Source: the human T2T-CHM13v2.0 reference genome, Homo sapiens
Length of the DNA: 64,000 nucleotides
NCBI RefSeq assembly: GCF_009914755.1
Contig: NC_060932.1
Direction: 5' to 3' (one strand)
In this document: piece by piece, positions 1 through 14,692 of the stretch
Position numbering within the stretch: position 1 is the stretch's first letter
Layout: every line of letters starts with the position of its first letter
Translations under genes and position numbers: made by a program
Notes under the pieces: generated by a model
What the model saw: the letters and a program-made list of their open reading frames with translations, nothing else
Databases searched by the model: none
Told to the model about the DNA's origin: nothing

Positions 1-2116
1 ATTACATGTTACTGGATGAATTAGTATTTGGTTTTTTAATTTCTTTAAACCTTTTGTCTCTCCAGGAAAATTGCCGCATGTCTGAGAAATGAGAATGAAT
101 ACTTTCCCATTTAACTTCCCTTCCTTCTTGGATCTATGCTCTTACAGTGGGATTTGGGTACTTTATCATTTACAATTTTGATTTCATTTCAACCATTTAA
201 CTGCATTTTAAATTTCTCCTTTGCTTACACTTTCTGCCTCAGACTTCATTTTTAGGACCTCTTACAGTGGAACATTCAAGGTACACATTCAAGATAGCTA
301 TTGAATCCAGTGAAACACTTTGTGTTGATAAACCCTGACTTGCCTAGATAGGAAGGAGCTAATGGAGCCCACGCAATTGTGTAGTCAACCAATGATTGTG
401 AAAGGGATGCCTTCTTTTAAAAATCCTATTATAACATGGAAGATATTTTCAAAAATAAGTATACCACAGTAGTGTATTGAATGCTACATTATTTAAATGC
501 TAAGAAACAATTTTTTTATTATACTTAATAATGGTTAGAACCTTTAAATTATTATATCCAAGTTTGTCAACATGTAAAATTAAATGAGAATAGGCTATAA
601 TAAAAAAAGAATAAAATGATGTAAAATCAGGGAAAGTAATAAATGAAAGAGTTGAGTTGCTGAGCCTGGAAAAGAGGAAGAGATATGGCAACTTAGTGAC
701 AGTGTGAGGAAGGGGTGGGGGGAGGAGCACTCTGATGTACCGATTGCTATTTACGATTTCATCTGTGTAGATTTTTAAGCAAAAAAAAAAAAAAAAGTTA
801 AAATTTTACCCATGGAAAGTTTAGATTGATATAAGAAATATATTCTTTGTAATCCAAGTGCATTATTAAGGAACAACACTGTAGATTTCCCACTAATTAT
901 AAAATATGATGAAGATGTTGGATGGTTGGAGAGTTAACTTGGCCATGGGGCATGAATCTATCATAAATAATCTCCAGATGTCTTGTTCAGCTGTATTTTC
1001 TGATAACCAATTATACTGTAAAAAAAAAAAAGAGTGGTATAATTAAATACTGGATATATTGCCTATCAAAATAATATTAATGATATTGGTAATTCAAAAT
1101 AAAACTGATTATTATATTCCAAATAGTATACAATGGTTTATATGCATAATTTCCATTCTATTATATTTTTATACAAACCCACACGGTGGTTTCTTGCAAA
1201 CATTTCAGGTAGAACATGGATTCTTGGGAAAAGGCCCTATACATTTCCATGGTAGGATTAGAATCTCCCTGTTTATTTTGCCAAGAACATAGAAACTTAC
1301 TGGGAGTGAGGTTACCGCGTAAGGAAGGAATGCCTACCTTGGCTTGACTTTGCCATCAGCTCCCTAATGAGCGTGGAGCTTCTGGTGCTACCATTCAGGA
1401 GGACCCTAACTTAATGGATCTGAGGCAGCCAAATTTCATCTGTACCTTTGTCCTTTTATCTGGGTTTGGTCCAAGGGCGATGTTTACAAAATTATATTCC
1501 TAAAATACTATTGCCATATTGTTGCCATCTGCACTTTATATGTAACTCAATTCAGGTTTTGTAAGGGTAAATACCTTGGCCACAGTTGTCATATGGTGAG
1601 TAGTGAACCAGCACTCAGCTGTCTCACACACAGTGCAGCAAAATTCTATATGAGCACCGATAACTCATCTTACAAGCATGAGCTCATTATTAAACCACAC
1701 TCAATCATTGTTTCCTTCCACCCCCGTTCAGTGGGGAGAATTCTTTCTCATTGCTGTATGAAAACTTTGGCAGGCCTATGACTTTTTCTAATGACTCTTA
1801 AGTAACATGTAGCTCTACAGACACATGAAATCACAAACATAATCTTGATTCAGAAATTAAAATGTCAATTCCATGCATGTAATAAACCAAATTACAAACT
1901 TGAGTTAAACCTATCCTCCATAGCTAGGTCTTGCGCTGGGCTGGATCCTGGGTTCAGATAACATTTCATCATGGCCCTGACTTTGGGAAACATCACAAAC
2001 TCTCAGCTGGTCCTATGAGAGCTACTCTCTAGTCTTGGGAGGAGAAAAGTAAACCCTCGCTTCCCCTTCACCCTTGAGATGTGATGAGTACTCATAGTAC
2101 AGTGACTCTTCAAATA

Positions 2117-2702
2117 CAGAGTCTCATTATTTGCATTGGTTTTGTTCTGCAAAGTCGCTGGGAACCCTGAATTAGCAAATACTGAGCCATTGCTCCTAGC
2201 AGAATTACAGGGTTAGGTTCTTGCATCTCTGGTCACAACATTTTTACCAACCCATCAATACTTAGTCTTGTTTTCTCTGCGTGTCTGTTTGAAGACACTT
2301 TATTTAATAAACACTGATAATTCATTGCCATTGAACTCACAGCCAACAGCGCTATAACTCAGGCTGAAGGAAGCTTATCTAACACATGTCTTTTTTGTAA
2401 AGCACAACACTCACTGCCTTCTTATACTTAGAACATCAGAGAAATCACAAAAAGTGAGAAAACCTAGCACAAAATGTACTCAGAAAATGAGCTCTGTTTA
2501 TAGCACGAGAGCTGAAATGAGAAGGCAGAGTGTTATCTTGTTCAACCTCAGCTGACGACATGAACATAGGATGACTCAAAATTTTCACTGCTCTGCATAT
2601 GTCCTATACACGAAAGTGTGGCAAGTATTCATTTGGGGGTTACAAATAAATCTTAGTAAATAGGCAACTTTGCAAATATGAATGAATAATGAGGATTGTC
2701 TG
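2117..2702 (-). mobile_element. MER82 (TcMar-Tigger DNA transposon)
   Basis: TA target duplications (2115-2116, 2703-2704) and CAG...CTG termini. The interior matches the reverse complement of MER82 (TTAGCAAATACTGAGCCATTGCTCCTAG; GGGGTTACAAATAAAT). Confidence 0.8.
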
Positions 2703-2742
2703 TAAATATTTTCACAATATCCTTATCAGACTTTCTCCTGGA

Positions 2743-3049
2743 TTTTTTGTTTGTTTTGTTTTGTTTTTGAGACAGAGTCTTGCTTTGTTGCCCAGGCTAG
2801 AGTACAGTGCGTGATCTTAGCTCACTGCAACCTCCGCCTCCTGAGTTCAGATGATTCTTGGGCCTTAGCCTCCCAAGTACTATTACAGCTGGGATTACAG
2901 GTGTGCACCACCACATGCAGCTAATTTTTGTATTTTTAGTAGAGATGGGGTTTCACCATGTTGGCCAGGCTGGTCTCGTTCTCCTGGGCTCAAGGAGCCT
3001 TAGCTTCCCAAAGTGCTGGGATTGCAGGCGAAAGCCACCATGCCTGGCC
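2743..3049 (-). mobile_element. Alu (old, S/J type)
   Basis: T-rich tail, then GAGACAGAGTCTTGC...CTCACTGCAACCTCCGCCTCC...CCCAAAGTGCTGGGATT...GCCACCATGCCTGGCC. Confidence 0.95.
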
Positions 3050-3239
3050 TCTCCTCTTTTTATGTCTATATTTTTTATCTGGTTTAAAGTCCACAGATTC
3101 AGGAAGGAAGCGTTGGAATCATTCCCTTTGTAAAACTGAGCATGGTGATTAGGAGTCTCACTTTGGAATTTGACATGTTGTCTTTCAGCACCTCTTAGAA
3201 ACATAGATTTCAACATTAGGTGAAATACACATTTGAGAC

Positions 3240-4650
3240 TGTACCAGTCAGGATTTGTTATTTTAAGGAGCAGAAACCAAATCTAAATGATTTAAGTTAA
3301 AAATACATTTATTAAAACGATATTGGGGAAAACAGAATCTTGGGAAAAGCTGAAGGACCTGGATTGGAAAACAGGCAGGAATAACGGAGGTTGGGCTGCT
3401 GCCAGGACCACGGTCAAAAAGGGGTGATGAATGCAAACCAAAAATAAAATTCTAAGCTCCCCCAACCAACTGATGCATGGCCTCCCTGTCTGCCAAGGGG
3501 ATTCCAAAGTAAACGTGAAAATCTAATTCAGGCCATGATGGGAAGAAGGGGGTCAGACATGCCTCATGATACCCTTCTCCCTTTGAAATTCAGGCACAAC
3601 TGACCCACACTAACATTAAAAGAGATCTTAAGACTGATGAAACAGACTCTGTAGCAATAAGGCACAAATTCCAACCTGATTCTATAGCTTCACATGACAG
3701 ATAGCAGCAGGCCCTGAAAGAAATTGAAGTGTTTTACCTTAAAATATATTTCTTTGACATATTTTGAAATGGCCCTGCAAAGCTGTCTTATGTGGGAAAA
3801 AATCTGAATTCCATAGAGAATCTCCTTCCCTTACCAGGTCTTTTTTTTTGATCCAGGAGAGAATTAACTGAGTCTGGCACTTTTTTAAGTCAGACAAGAA
3901 ACACTTACAATCTGTTCTCTCTGAAATGGGCTACCTGGAGGCTTCCTCTGCATAATAAGAAATATAGTCTCCACACCCCTTATCTTAGCCATTCCCTTCA
4001 ATTGATTCCAGGGCTTCAGATAAACTATTTCAACCAATTGCCCATCAGAAAATCTTTGAAGCCACCTATGACCTGAAAGTACCCTCATCCTCAGCTTTGA
4101 ATTGTCCCAGTCTTTCCAGACCAAATCAATGTACACTTTACATGTATTGATTGATGTCTGCATCTTCCTGAAATATATAGCATGAAGCTGTAGCCTGAGA
4201 CCACCTTGGGCACACGTTCTCAGGATATCCTAGGGCTGTGTCGTGAGCCATGGTAACTCATATTTGCCTCAAAGTAAATCTCTTCAAATATTTTACAGAG
4301 TTTGAATCTTTTCATTGGCACAAACAAGACCAGCATTGCTGATGCAGCCCATGGCTGAGCTGGGGCCACTGCCCATGGATATTGCTTCTGGATCTGATGG
4401 AGCCATCTGCTTCTTTCTGCTTTTGCCTTGTTAGCCCATGATACAAAGTTCCCAGCAGGTATCTCAGACTACTGAACTGAGATTATGGATTCTGTGTCCT
4501 CCATGCTAGGAAGGCTATAAAATGAGGGGGTGGCAATTTCAGTTTTTGTAGAAGAAGAAAGGCTCTGTCTCCCACCGAGACTTATAAAGTGAAAAACTTA
4601 CCATGTGTAGAAAGAGAGTTCAGATATTTGACAGCCAGGAAAGCAAATGA
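3240..4650 (-). mobile_element. Old MLT1 (MaLR) LTR split in two by the MER4 LTR
   Basis: TGTACCAGTCAGGA...AGCAGAAACCAAATCTAAATGATTTAAG...TTTATT is a typical reverse MLT1 end. Similar sequence resumes at ~4325-4650. Boundaries approximate. Confidence 0.5.
3432..4320 (+). mobile_element. MER4-family (MER4D-like) ERV1 solo LTR
   Basis: Starts TGCAAACCAAAAATAAAATTCTAAG, contains TTTCTTTGACATATTTTGAAATGGCCCTGCAAAGCTG, and ends AAATCTCTTCAAATATTTTACAGAGTTTG...CA. Confidence 0.85.
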
Positions 4651-4699
4651 AAATGGGGTTCATGCTTGTAGACTTTAATGACTTCCAGAATTGGAAGAA

Positions 4700-5530
4700 A
4701 ATGCCAAACTCATCTATTTAGCTCTATCTCTCTTCCAATTGAGAGAGTCCCCTTCAGAGTGTCCTAGTAAACACTCTTAGCCTGTGCTTGAATTTATAAA
4801 TGATGGAGAGCTTTTCACACTGTGAGATAGTATGTTTTAATCCTCAGCGACTCTTGTCTGAAAGATTTTTATTATGATTTCTAGTTCATAGACTCATTTC
4901 TCATGGTTTCCTTCACCATAGAGTTTGCCATTATCTAGATGTATTGTAGTTTCCAAATATCGTGCTTTTGATATGGTACTCAGACTGAGTACAATGTCAT
5001 CCACATGGACTGGCAAATGCAAAGGCTATTTTTTTTTCATTAATTGAACCTGAGATTGTGTTGGCTCTTTTATGCAACCATAACATAATGACTCATATTA
5101 AGCTAAAACATTTAAATATTTTTACAAGAACAACTGCCAAAGCCAGTCCTACAACTGAACCTCTAAACTTAATTATTTAAAAGATGATATTGAGGTTTTT
5201 CCATTTATTCCTGCAGCTTTCACCTATTTAGTTTTAGCTCAGTGATCTGGTTTGTTGAAATAATTTTGGATTTTAAGATTTTGCTGTCTATCATAATATG
5301 TGATAGTAGGATTTCCTTTGAGGATTGTGCCATCTGCTAATTTGCTTGACACATCTTTTATATTTTCATCCAAGTCATTGATGAATTAGTAGACAGGAAA
5401 TGACAACAACAGAACATTGTGCCATTGCACCAGTCTTTCTTCAAGGTTGACACTGGGTCTTGAGCAATCGGTTTTTAATCCCACTGCTCAAGCATCCTAA
5501 AATAAACCTAATCTTCTCATTACCTTGCCC
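4700..5530 (-). mobile_element. Ancient L3/CR1 LINE fragment (RT region)
   Basis: The minus strand at ~5325-5390 reads FINDLDENIKRCV-/SKLADGT, matching the CR1 RT motif FINDLDEGIECTLSKFADDT. Outer boundaries approximate. Confidence 0.65.
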
Positions 5531-6087
5531 AAAATTGTTGATAGCTTCCTCTTGGTCTTACTATAAAGATCGCAATTCTTAATATGGCTCACAGGCGTGA
5601 CATTGTCTGGCCCATGCTTTCTTCAGCTCCGTATAGGGCAACTCCCCCTGTTCTCTGTGTTTTATCAACAGGGCTTTGCAAATATAATACACCTCCCCTA
5701 CTCTTCACCAATTTGCCTCTGAGGACTCACCCATGGGAGCCTTCTCTAACACCACCGATTTTGTGTTTCCTTTGTTAATCTTCTCATAGAAACAAACAGC
5801 ATTCCTTTAACGATCGCTGTTTGCAATTGAATATACATCCGTGTCATAATTTCATCTGACTCCACTAGACTTAAGCTCTATAAAGAACGAGCAAAGTCCA
5901 TGCCTGCTAATCATTATATGATCAATGCCTGGAACATTGTAGGTTCACACAAAGATCTTGTAGAATGAATGATAGAAACTCAACAAATAATGTGCCCATT
6001 GATCCTACTGAGAATGTAAACTGCAAATGAGTGAAACTGCTTTAGTAAATAAGTCCTCTCCCACCAGTGACCTGTTTTGTGATTCCT

Positions 6088-6784
<697 letters not shown>

Positions 6785-8170
6785 TTAAGTGATGCAAGTC
6801 ATTATCAATAGAAGAGGATGTGGTCAGAAGTGTTCATTCATATCTTACTACAACCATGAAAATTTAATAACTACTCAAGTCCAAAATTATCTCTCATTTC
6901 AACCTCATTGGAAATCACTTAATTTGACAGTTAATAAAGAAGTGTTTTACTCAAATTTCCTGTATGTATCTCACCAAATAAGCAGTATTTCCTAGGATGT
7001 TATACGAATTCTAAAGCTCTGCTAGAAGGTTAGAAGACTGACAATTCGTTGAACACAGAGTTGTGATGGTAAGGTGTGGCAGGCAGTCTTCAAGATGTCT
7101 TCCAAGATCCCATGTTGACTTGGGAAACTAATCAGACTTCCATGAAGATGAGGAAACTCTTAATGTTCTTGGGACATCTCTCTCTCTCTCTTTTTTTTTT
7201 TTTTGTTGCTTGTAGGGAATGACATGGTAAATGAGTGACACAGGGCATAGAAATATCATCATCCTAAGCAGGATGCTACAGTTGTTAAAATATCCTCTCC
7301 CTTATCCTCACCACTAATGCAATCCTGATTATGACATGCATCTCTCTGGATATTTGTTATGATTGGGAGATATCAGATTTTAATAAAGAGATTGCCATCC
7401 CTTAATACTATCAGGGACAAAGTTTATTATATATTGAGCATTAAGAATGTATAGGTCTGAAAGTTTAGCCTATTTTGTGCCATCTATGATGACATATTAA
7501 ATTGTTACAGAAAGGAAATGATTCATATACTACAGAAGAAGGACAAAAGAGTTACTGGTTGCCCAACTGACAGAACTAAAAACCAGGAGCATTTTAATTC
7601 TTTTTATTATTTTTGGCCATTCCTGGAAGTATTTCTCCTCAGGGGCAACATTTTCTCACTGAAATAACAAGAGTAACAATGCTGGCTTCTTGCTTAATTA
7701 TGTCTAATACATTCAGCAAATTTATTCTTCCAAGAAAAAGTCAGGAAGGTAGAAACTTTAGTGCTACCATCAGAGCATGTCCAATTACACTGACAAGGAA
7801 AAAAAATGTTACATTTCAAGACTTAATCTTTGTGTTGATTGGCCACAGGCCACTAGAATAAACCAGAAAGGTATATGTAATTTCTAGGTACTAACTTTGC
7901 ACTCATACGTTGAATTTAAAATGGAGAGATTACAAAAAGAACAAAAGCAATTGGCTCGAAAGTAATGAGACTTTTAGGTCTCCAAAGCATAGAAGGAATA
8001 TGAAGTATTAGAAAAATGTATAAAGAGACCTGTAATACCAGTCAAGTACGGAGATATCAGTTGTCGTGGCAAATATTTTGCTTTGTTAATAGGCCAATTC
8101 TTATCAAACTGTTCCACAAGGCTAGAAAAACCTTGTACTAATGTCTTCCTCTCCAATTTGAAAAGTTGCA

Positions 8171-8224
8171 TAAAACATTTAACCACTTATTATTACTAAA
8201 ACATTTAACCACTTATTACTAAAA
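8171..8224. repeat. Tandem duplication, 23-26-bp unit (TAAAACATTTAACCACTTAT[TAT]TAC x2)
   Basis: Directly visible. Confidence 0.9.
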
Positions 8225-9029
8225 TAAACTGGCAAGAGCTTTCACACTTCCTGAATGATGCAGTGTACTCTATAGCTGAAATAGATCAGACCAGGTTCCT
8301 GGCAGAAAGGATAATCCCTAAATGCCATTTGTATTGCTACTGGAAGGTGGGGATTAGTTCATAACCTTTACCTGAGACACACACTGGGGTGATGTTACCA
8401 TAATAATTATGGAATTATGGCTTAAAATCAAATCACTATTGTGGACATTTAAGTCATGATTCTGTGTTACTAGGAAACCAAACTAGTGAAGAAAATAGTT
8501 CTTTTTACTTGCTAAAGAAAGAAAGAATACTGTTTTTGTTTTGACAGCCAATGGCAGAAAAATTCAATGTAATTGAGCCACACAGACTGTATTATTGTAA
8601 CTTAATCGATTGGTCCAGTGGGAAAGAGAAAAAGCCAATTCTATAAAGCAACAGAATTGACAGTTTAAAAAATGGAATCGACTTGCTCATTAACTGGGTT
8701 GACTAAATGGACTTTTTTTTCCCATTGTGTGAGTAGTTTTTAAAATCAAAGACCATGATATAGGGAGCCATGAGAAACAATATTTTACAAAGGGATCATT
8801 TAAGCAGTGAAATAACGCTTATTCTCCTGGTATCCAGCTGACCAAACATCTTTTGCTTTGGAATCATACTGGTGGTGAGCTCACTTAAGTCATGGCAGGA
8901 GAAGGGAAAGAAACAAACAAAAATTAAATGGAAACCTACCAGGGAAGATTTTGTATGTTTTGGGCTGTTTAACTTCTCCAGTTATCTTCTAGGGTGAATC
9001 TTGGACATTTTACAAAGCAATAACAATAA

Positions 9030-9225
9030 TAATTTTGAGCTCCTGCTATAAACCAAGTTATCTGCTAGGTGAAATATTTATGCATATTATTAAATGTTAT
9101 TCTATCAACAACAGTTAGGTGAACATTATTATTCTGACTTTACAGATAAGGAACATGAGGCTCAGAAGGTTAGTTTGCCCAAGGTCAACAACCGGTAACA
9201 GAGCTGAGACTCAATACGAGATATA
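9030..9225 (-). mobile_element. MIR SINE
   Basis: MIR core ATTATTCTGACTTTACAGATAAGGAACATGAGGCTCAGAAGGTTAGTTTGCCCAAGGTCA. Confidence 0.75.
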
Positions 9226-12200
9226 TTTCATTGTACAAATGATACTGCCTTGACACAGCTGTTTTAATATATATCCATATGAATATATATGCACACATTT
9301 ACATATATAGAGATATATGAATATATGTAAATATTTATATGTTTATGTATATATTTATTATCTACAGCTTTTTGGGCAGGTGAACATGTAGCTCTAATGC
9401 TAACTGTTCATATGATCTTTTTGTGTCTTTGGCTTTGATTTCTTCAGGTTTCAAAATTGGAACCACTTGTCACCAAATAATGTTTAAAACTATTTGAGAT
9501 TATTGGCCTAGAGTAGCTGTCAAATCCTAGGACGTGGCAAGGTCAAGGGGAAATACACCCCAGGAGAGAGAACAAGTTCCAAAAGCTGAGAAAAGAGGTT
9601 GAGGAGGTTGTGCATACTTCTCCAGTCTCAGCAGAACCTTTTGAATAGTGAGAGAAAAGATAAGTAAGTACGTTCTTCTGCTTTGCTCTGCATTGCTTAG
9701 TAATAACAAAACAGAGTTTGATGACAAAAGATCTTTTTTGCTCCATCTTTCTTCCCTTTCTCTTCCAATTTTTTGAAGGCACCCGTATCTTGGAAACCAG
9801 TCAATGAAACTCAAGGGGCCCACTTGAAAATAAATGGCTACAGTCATGAATTGCATGCAAGGAGAGTCCGTGAATGTGTTTATTTACAATAATGCTTTCT
9901 AAAACATGAAGAATAAATTCTTTACACTGGAACCACAGAGGGACTCTGTTTTCTGAAAGCAAGCAGTCCTACTGCTTGTCTTTATTTCCCTATTCTCGGT
10001 TGAGATGAAATTCAGACACTTGGGGGCTTGGGAAAATCCAGCGTGTGGTTTGTTTCAATGCATTCTCTTATAGGATTCTGTTGCCAGCTTGTAGAACAGT
10101 CCCTTTTCTCCCCCTCCTGCACCCCCTTCCCATGCTTGCAACCTGTGGCCAGAGAGCCAAATACTATGAGTCAAGAGTATTTTCAATAGAAATACCAGGA
10201 AAATGCTGTTTCTAATGGCATAGAAAAAGCAAACAGAATGAAAGCCAACGTCATGGGAATCTTAAACCCAGACCTCTGAAGAAGGAAGGTATAAGCACAG
10301 TCGAGTACAGTAGGAAGAATGTTTCTGCTTTCCAACAGGGAAAATCAAAGGTAATGTTTCTTGTCACATTTTGTATTTTTCAAATGAATACCTCCAGAGG
10401 AACTTATCAGAAATTATATTGTAAGCACATTATGAGTAAGCACATGAATGTTTTAACTTCTTTGTTCAAAAAATAGTTACTAATTGCATGCTAATGTGTG
10501 AAGCACTTTTGAAGGTACACTCACTCCTTTCTGAGGAGAATTATATAGAATTATCACATCATATTGTCACTATCTGTGCATACATGCGACTCTTCCATCA
10601 GATAAGGCCTCTCTCCAGTCAAGGGAGGGCCCATTTCACTTTTCTGTAACTCCAGGCATGTTCAATGGTTTATAAGCCTCAGATTCCAGGGACTTACCAT
10701 CATGTCGGAGAGTTGAACGTTTGTGCTCATAAGCATGCAACTAGTTATGAACTATTGAGCCTTGTCAATAGTGTGGCCAGTCTGTGTTATTACAGTTCAG
10801 AGATAGCTGCTGAGTTGGAAATGGGGTGTGGGGGAGGATCAGGAACTGTTCAGAAGGGAGTGATGCGCTGGGCACTCAAGAGACAAGTAAGATGTGAGTA
10901 GGTAGAGAAAATAATAATAAAAGCCTGAGATAAGATGGGGGTCTAGGAATGGAAAATTAATCTTGTACTGTGAGATGAACTTTCCTGAAGTTCAAATCTG
11001 AGCATGATTTAAAGTAGCATGTTATAGTGAAAACAATAAACAAATGATCATTTAGTTTTATTGTCAGATGGATACAGCTTCTATCTCTGCATTGACTCTT
11101 ACCAGCAGGCTACTACCTTAGGTCTGCTGCTTAAAGTCAGTGAGACTGATGTCTCTGGATATAAAATGAGACTACTGTATGCTGTTGATTTATCTTATCC
11201 CTACTGCCTTGAATATTGCTTTTCATAGAGAAAGAGGTTAAAATACATATTTGGTGAATGAATGGCCATCAGAGAAGCAGAATTAAATGAAATAACACAG
11301 AAGTGCCAAGTACATAGTATACACTCAATGCATATTGGTTCTGTAGCGTCCTCTCTTTTTCTTCCTGTTTAGAAAACTTTATTGCCTTTGCACTGCATAA
11401 TCTAGCTTCCATTTACATTTCCAAATACATTCCCCATTATTTTTCTCTAAACAACTTACACTCCTACCAAGTATGTTACTCACTGATACTTGTATATTAT
11501 CCATAATCTATTTTAACTTAAACTATTGCCTTTTTTCCATATTATTCTTTACTTTCATTTTCATATATTTAAAAACCAGCCCATTCTGCAAGGTTCAGCT
11601 CAGATACTAGCTTTATAAAGAAATTCATGTATTCTCTTCTTTCCTTTCTCTAAAATTTCTTTGCTATATCTATACATTTTACTTTGTGGTATGTAATATT
11701 TACAATTTCATGTTATGTTTATTCATTCAACTATTTGTCTTTTCCTCCAGTAAACTTTATGATTTTTTTATTTTATAAATTTTATTGAGCATTTATCATA
11801 TTCAAATCACTATGTTAAGTTGTGTATATGGAAAAGCAAATAAGACATGGTCATTATTCTAAGGGAATGCTCAGTGTATTACACTGGATATGCAAGTCAA
11901 TAATTACATTCGAAAATATGAAGTCTACTTAATAATGTCAACTATTTCACTATACAGGATAAAGAGATGTCAAAAATGGCTTCAAGATGATATGTCATTT
12001 TAATTGAGATCCCAGGAAGGACTAGTAATTCGGTTTTTAAGTAATATTATAGATCTACCATCTGAGAAGAATGCATATCTTTGAATTAGACATGTCTTGT
12101 TGATACACAGCTACTTTCCATATCTTCAATAATGATTCTTCAACTGCTACAACATAGAATATTTCATAATCCTACAGCACAAGCAAAATGCTCTTTCCCT

Positions 12201-12330
12201 AATTATCTGCCTCAGATCTAATATTATGGCATAACATTTATGAATGGCCAGATACTTCCTTAAACAAACATTTTCCAATTATGCTATTTTCCTTTCCTTG
12301 ATTCAATTACATTTTGTATAACACATCTAG

Positions 12331-12630
<300 letters not shown>

Positions 12631-13029
12631 CCTGTCTTCTAATAGAAATCTGTTCCAACTGATTTAAAAATTCAGAAAACATGAGCAAGATAAGCTCTGA
12701 CAACTTTTCTGACTCTCTTGTAGTTGTATAATGTTGTGGTATTGAGAGAGGTTTGAAGAGGTAAGAACTGACAGGCCATTGAAGTGTGTGAAATCTCAGT
12801 GAGAAATTGTCTCTTTGAGTCATGATGGACCCAGAGCCTTGTCTGGTCCCCATTGTGTTGTCTATAAAATCTCCTATGATGTGTTAAGATAGGTAGCCTG
12901 TCCTTCAGTCTCAGTGTATTTTGAAATATACTTAGAGGAAAAAAAATCCTACCATAGCTTTTTATTTTTCCTATACTGAAGAATAAACTTCCAATAGCTC
13001 TTTTCTTTCTTTAAAATCAATATTGCTTT

Positions 13030-13170
13030 TATTTATTTAAATTTTTGTTTATATTTTAATCAACAAATAATACTTGTGCATATTTATGGGGTACATAGTG
13101 ATTTTTTTATTCATACAGTGCAAAGTTACCAGATTATGGTAGTTAGCATATCCATCATCTCAAACATATA
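13030..13170 (-). mobile_element. L1MA 3'-end fragment
   Basis: AATAATACTTGTGCATATTTATGGGGTACATAGTGAT...TTAGCATATCCATCATCTCAAACAT, a typical reverse L1MA 3' terminus. Confidence 0.7.
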
Positions 13171-13683
13171 CTTTCTAAGAACAGTGTTCAGTTCATAATC
13201 ATTTTACATGTCCCATTTGGTCAAAGCTAGTATTCTGCAGAGAGCAGAAACTGAGTATTATTTGAGGAAAAAGTTTCAAGTTCTGATGGAACTTTAGTTA
13301 AGTAGTTGGAAATTTTTTTGACACTTGAGATATACATTTGAGAATCTTTTTCAAATAGATAATAACTGTATTATAAGAGAGTGGCTGAATTGTCCAATGG
13401 GGAGTATTTTAAAAAACTAAAGAAAAATATGGCTGAATTGATATTTTGACGTAATAAACCAGCATGGTGCAGTCATTATTTCTTCTCTCCCATATTCCTA
13501 CTGAGATATGCAATATGATATAGAATTAAAGGGAAATCTAAATCAGCGCCAGCACTAGAAAGTAGGGCAGCATGCTGCTACCTGTAAGAAATTGAAAATA
13601 TTGCTGTTGTACTAGAATATTCCCATTATTCTTCAACCATTTTGTGTTCTTTAGGGGTCTCCAGATGAACAGAACCAATAGGA

Positions 13684-13921
13684 TATTTATACATATATAC
13701 ACATATATGTATATATACATATATACACATATATGTATATATACATATATACACATATATGTATATATACATATATGTATGTACATCTGTACATGAGTAC
13801 ATGTATACACATGCATATGTGCATGTATATGTGTATGTGTATGTTTTTGTGTGTGTGTATATACACACATATACATATATGTGTATGTGTAGGTGTGTGT
13901 GTATACATGGTATATATATTA

Positions 13922-13997
<76 letters not shown>

Positions 13998-14011
13998 GAG
14001 AGAGAGAGAGA
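13684..14011. repeat. Compound microsatellite: TATACA-like repeats, (TG)10, (TA)~26, (GA)n
   Basis: Directly visible. TG run 13922-13941; pure TA run 13942-13993. Confidence 0.97.
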
Positions 14012-14166
14012 ATGAGATTATGGGAATTGATTTGCATGATCAATTGCAGAGGCCAAAAAGTCCCACTATCTGCCATCTGCAAATGAGAGAAACAGAAATG
14101 CCAGTGCTGTAATATAGACTGAGTCTGAAGGCCTGAGAACCAAGTAAGGGGTGGGATGCTGTGGTA

Positions 14167-14403
14167 CAGACTGAGTATCTCACCTTTATCCAAAATGCTT
14201 GGGACTGGAAATATTTTAGATTTCAATTTTTTTCAGAATTTGGGATATTTGCATTATACTTACCAATTCATCATCCCAAATCTGAAAATCCCAAAATGAA
14301 ATGCTCCACTAAGCATTTCCTTTGAGGGTCACGTTAGCATTCAAAATATTTCACATTTTGGAGCAATTGGATTTGAAATTTCAGATGAGGGAAATTCAAT
14401 CTG
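14167..14403. mobile_element. Tigger4a/MER46 (TcMar-Tigger MITE)
   Basis: TA|CAGACTGAGTATC..CCTTTATCCAAAATGCTTGGGACT...GGGAAATTCAATCTG|TA, with terminal inverted repeats and a TA duplication, inserted into the MLT2 LTR. Confidence 0.85.
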
Positions 14404-14488
14404 TATAAGTCAGAGTCTGAAGGGCCAAGAATCAGGAGTTTCGATGTCCAAAAGCAGAAGATGGATGTCTCAGCTCAGGAAGAGATAG

Positions 14489-14626
<138 letters not shown>

Positions 14627-14692
14627 TAATATTTTGCCAGCTATCTAGTAATTCCTTAGCCCATTCAAGTTGACACATAAAATTAACCATCA

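Noticed and set aside
13538-14226. Five overlapping ORFs of 80-179 aa on both strands
   Set aside because: They translate the TA/TG/CA microsatellite (YIYIYI, CVCVCV) and are open only because dinucleotide repeats lack stop codons.
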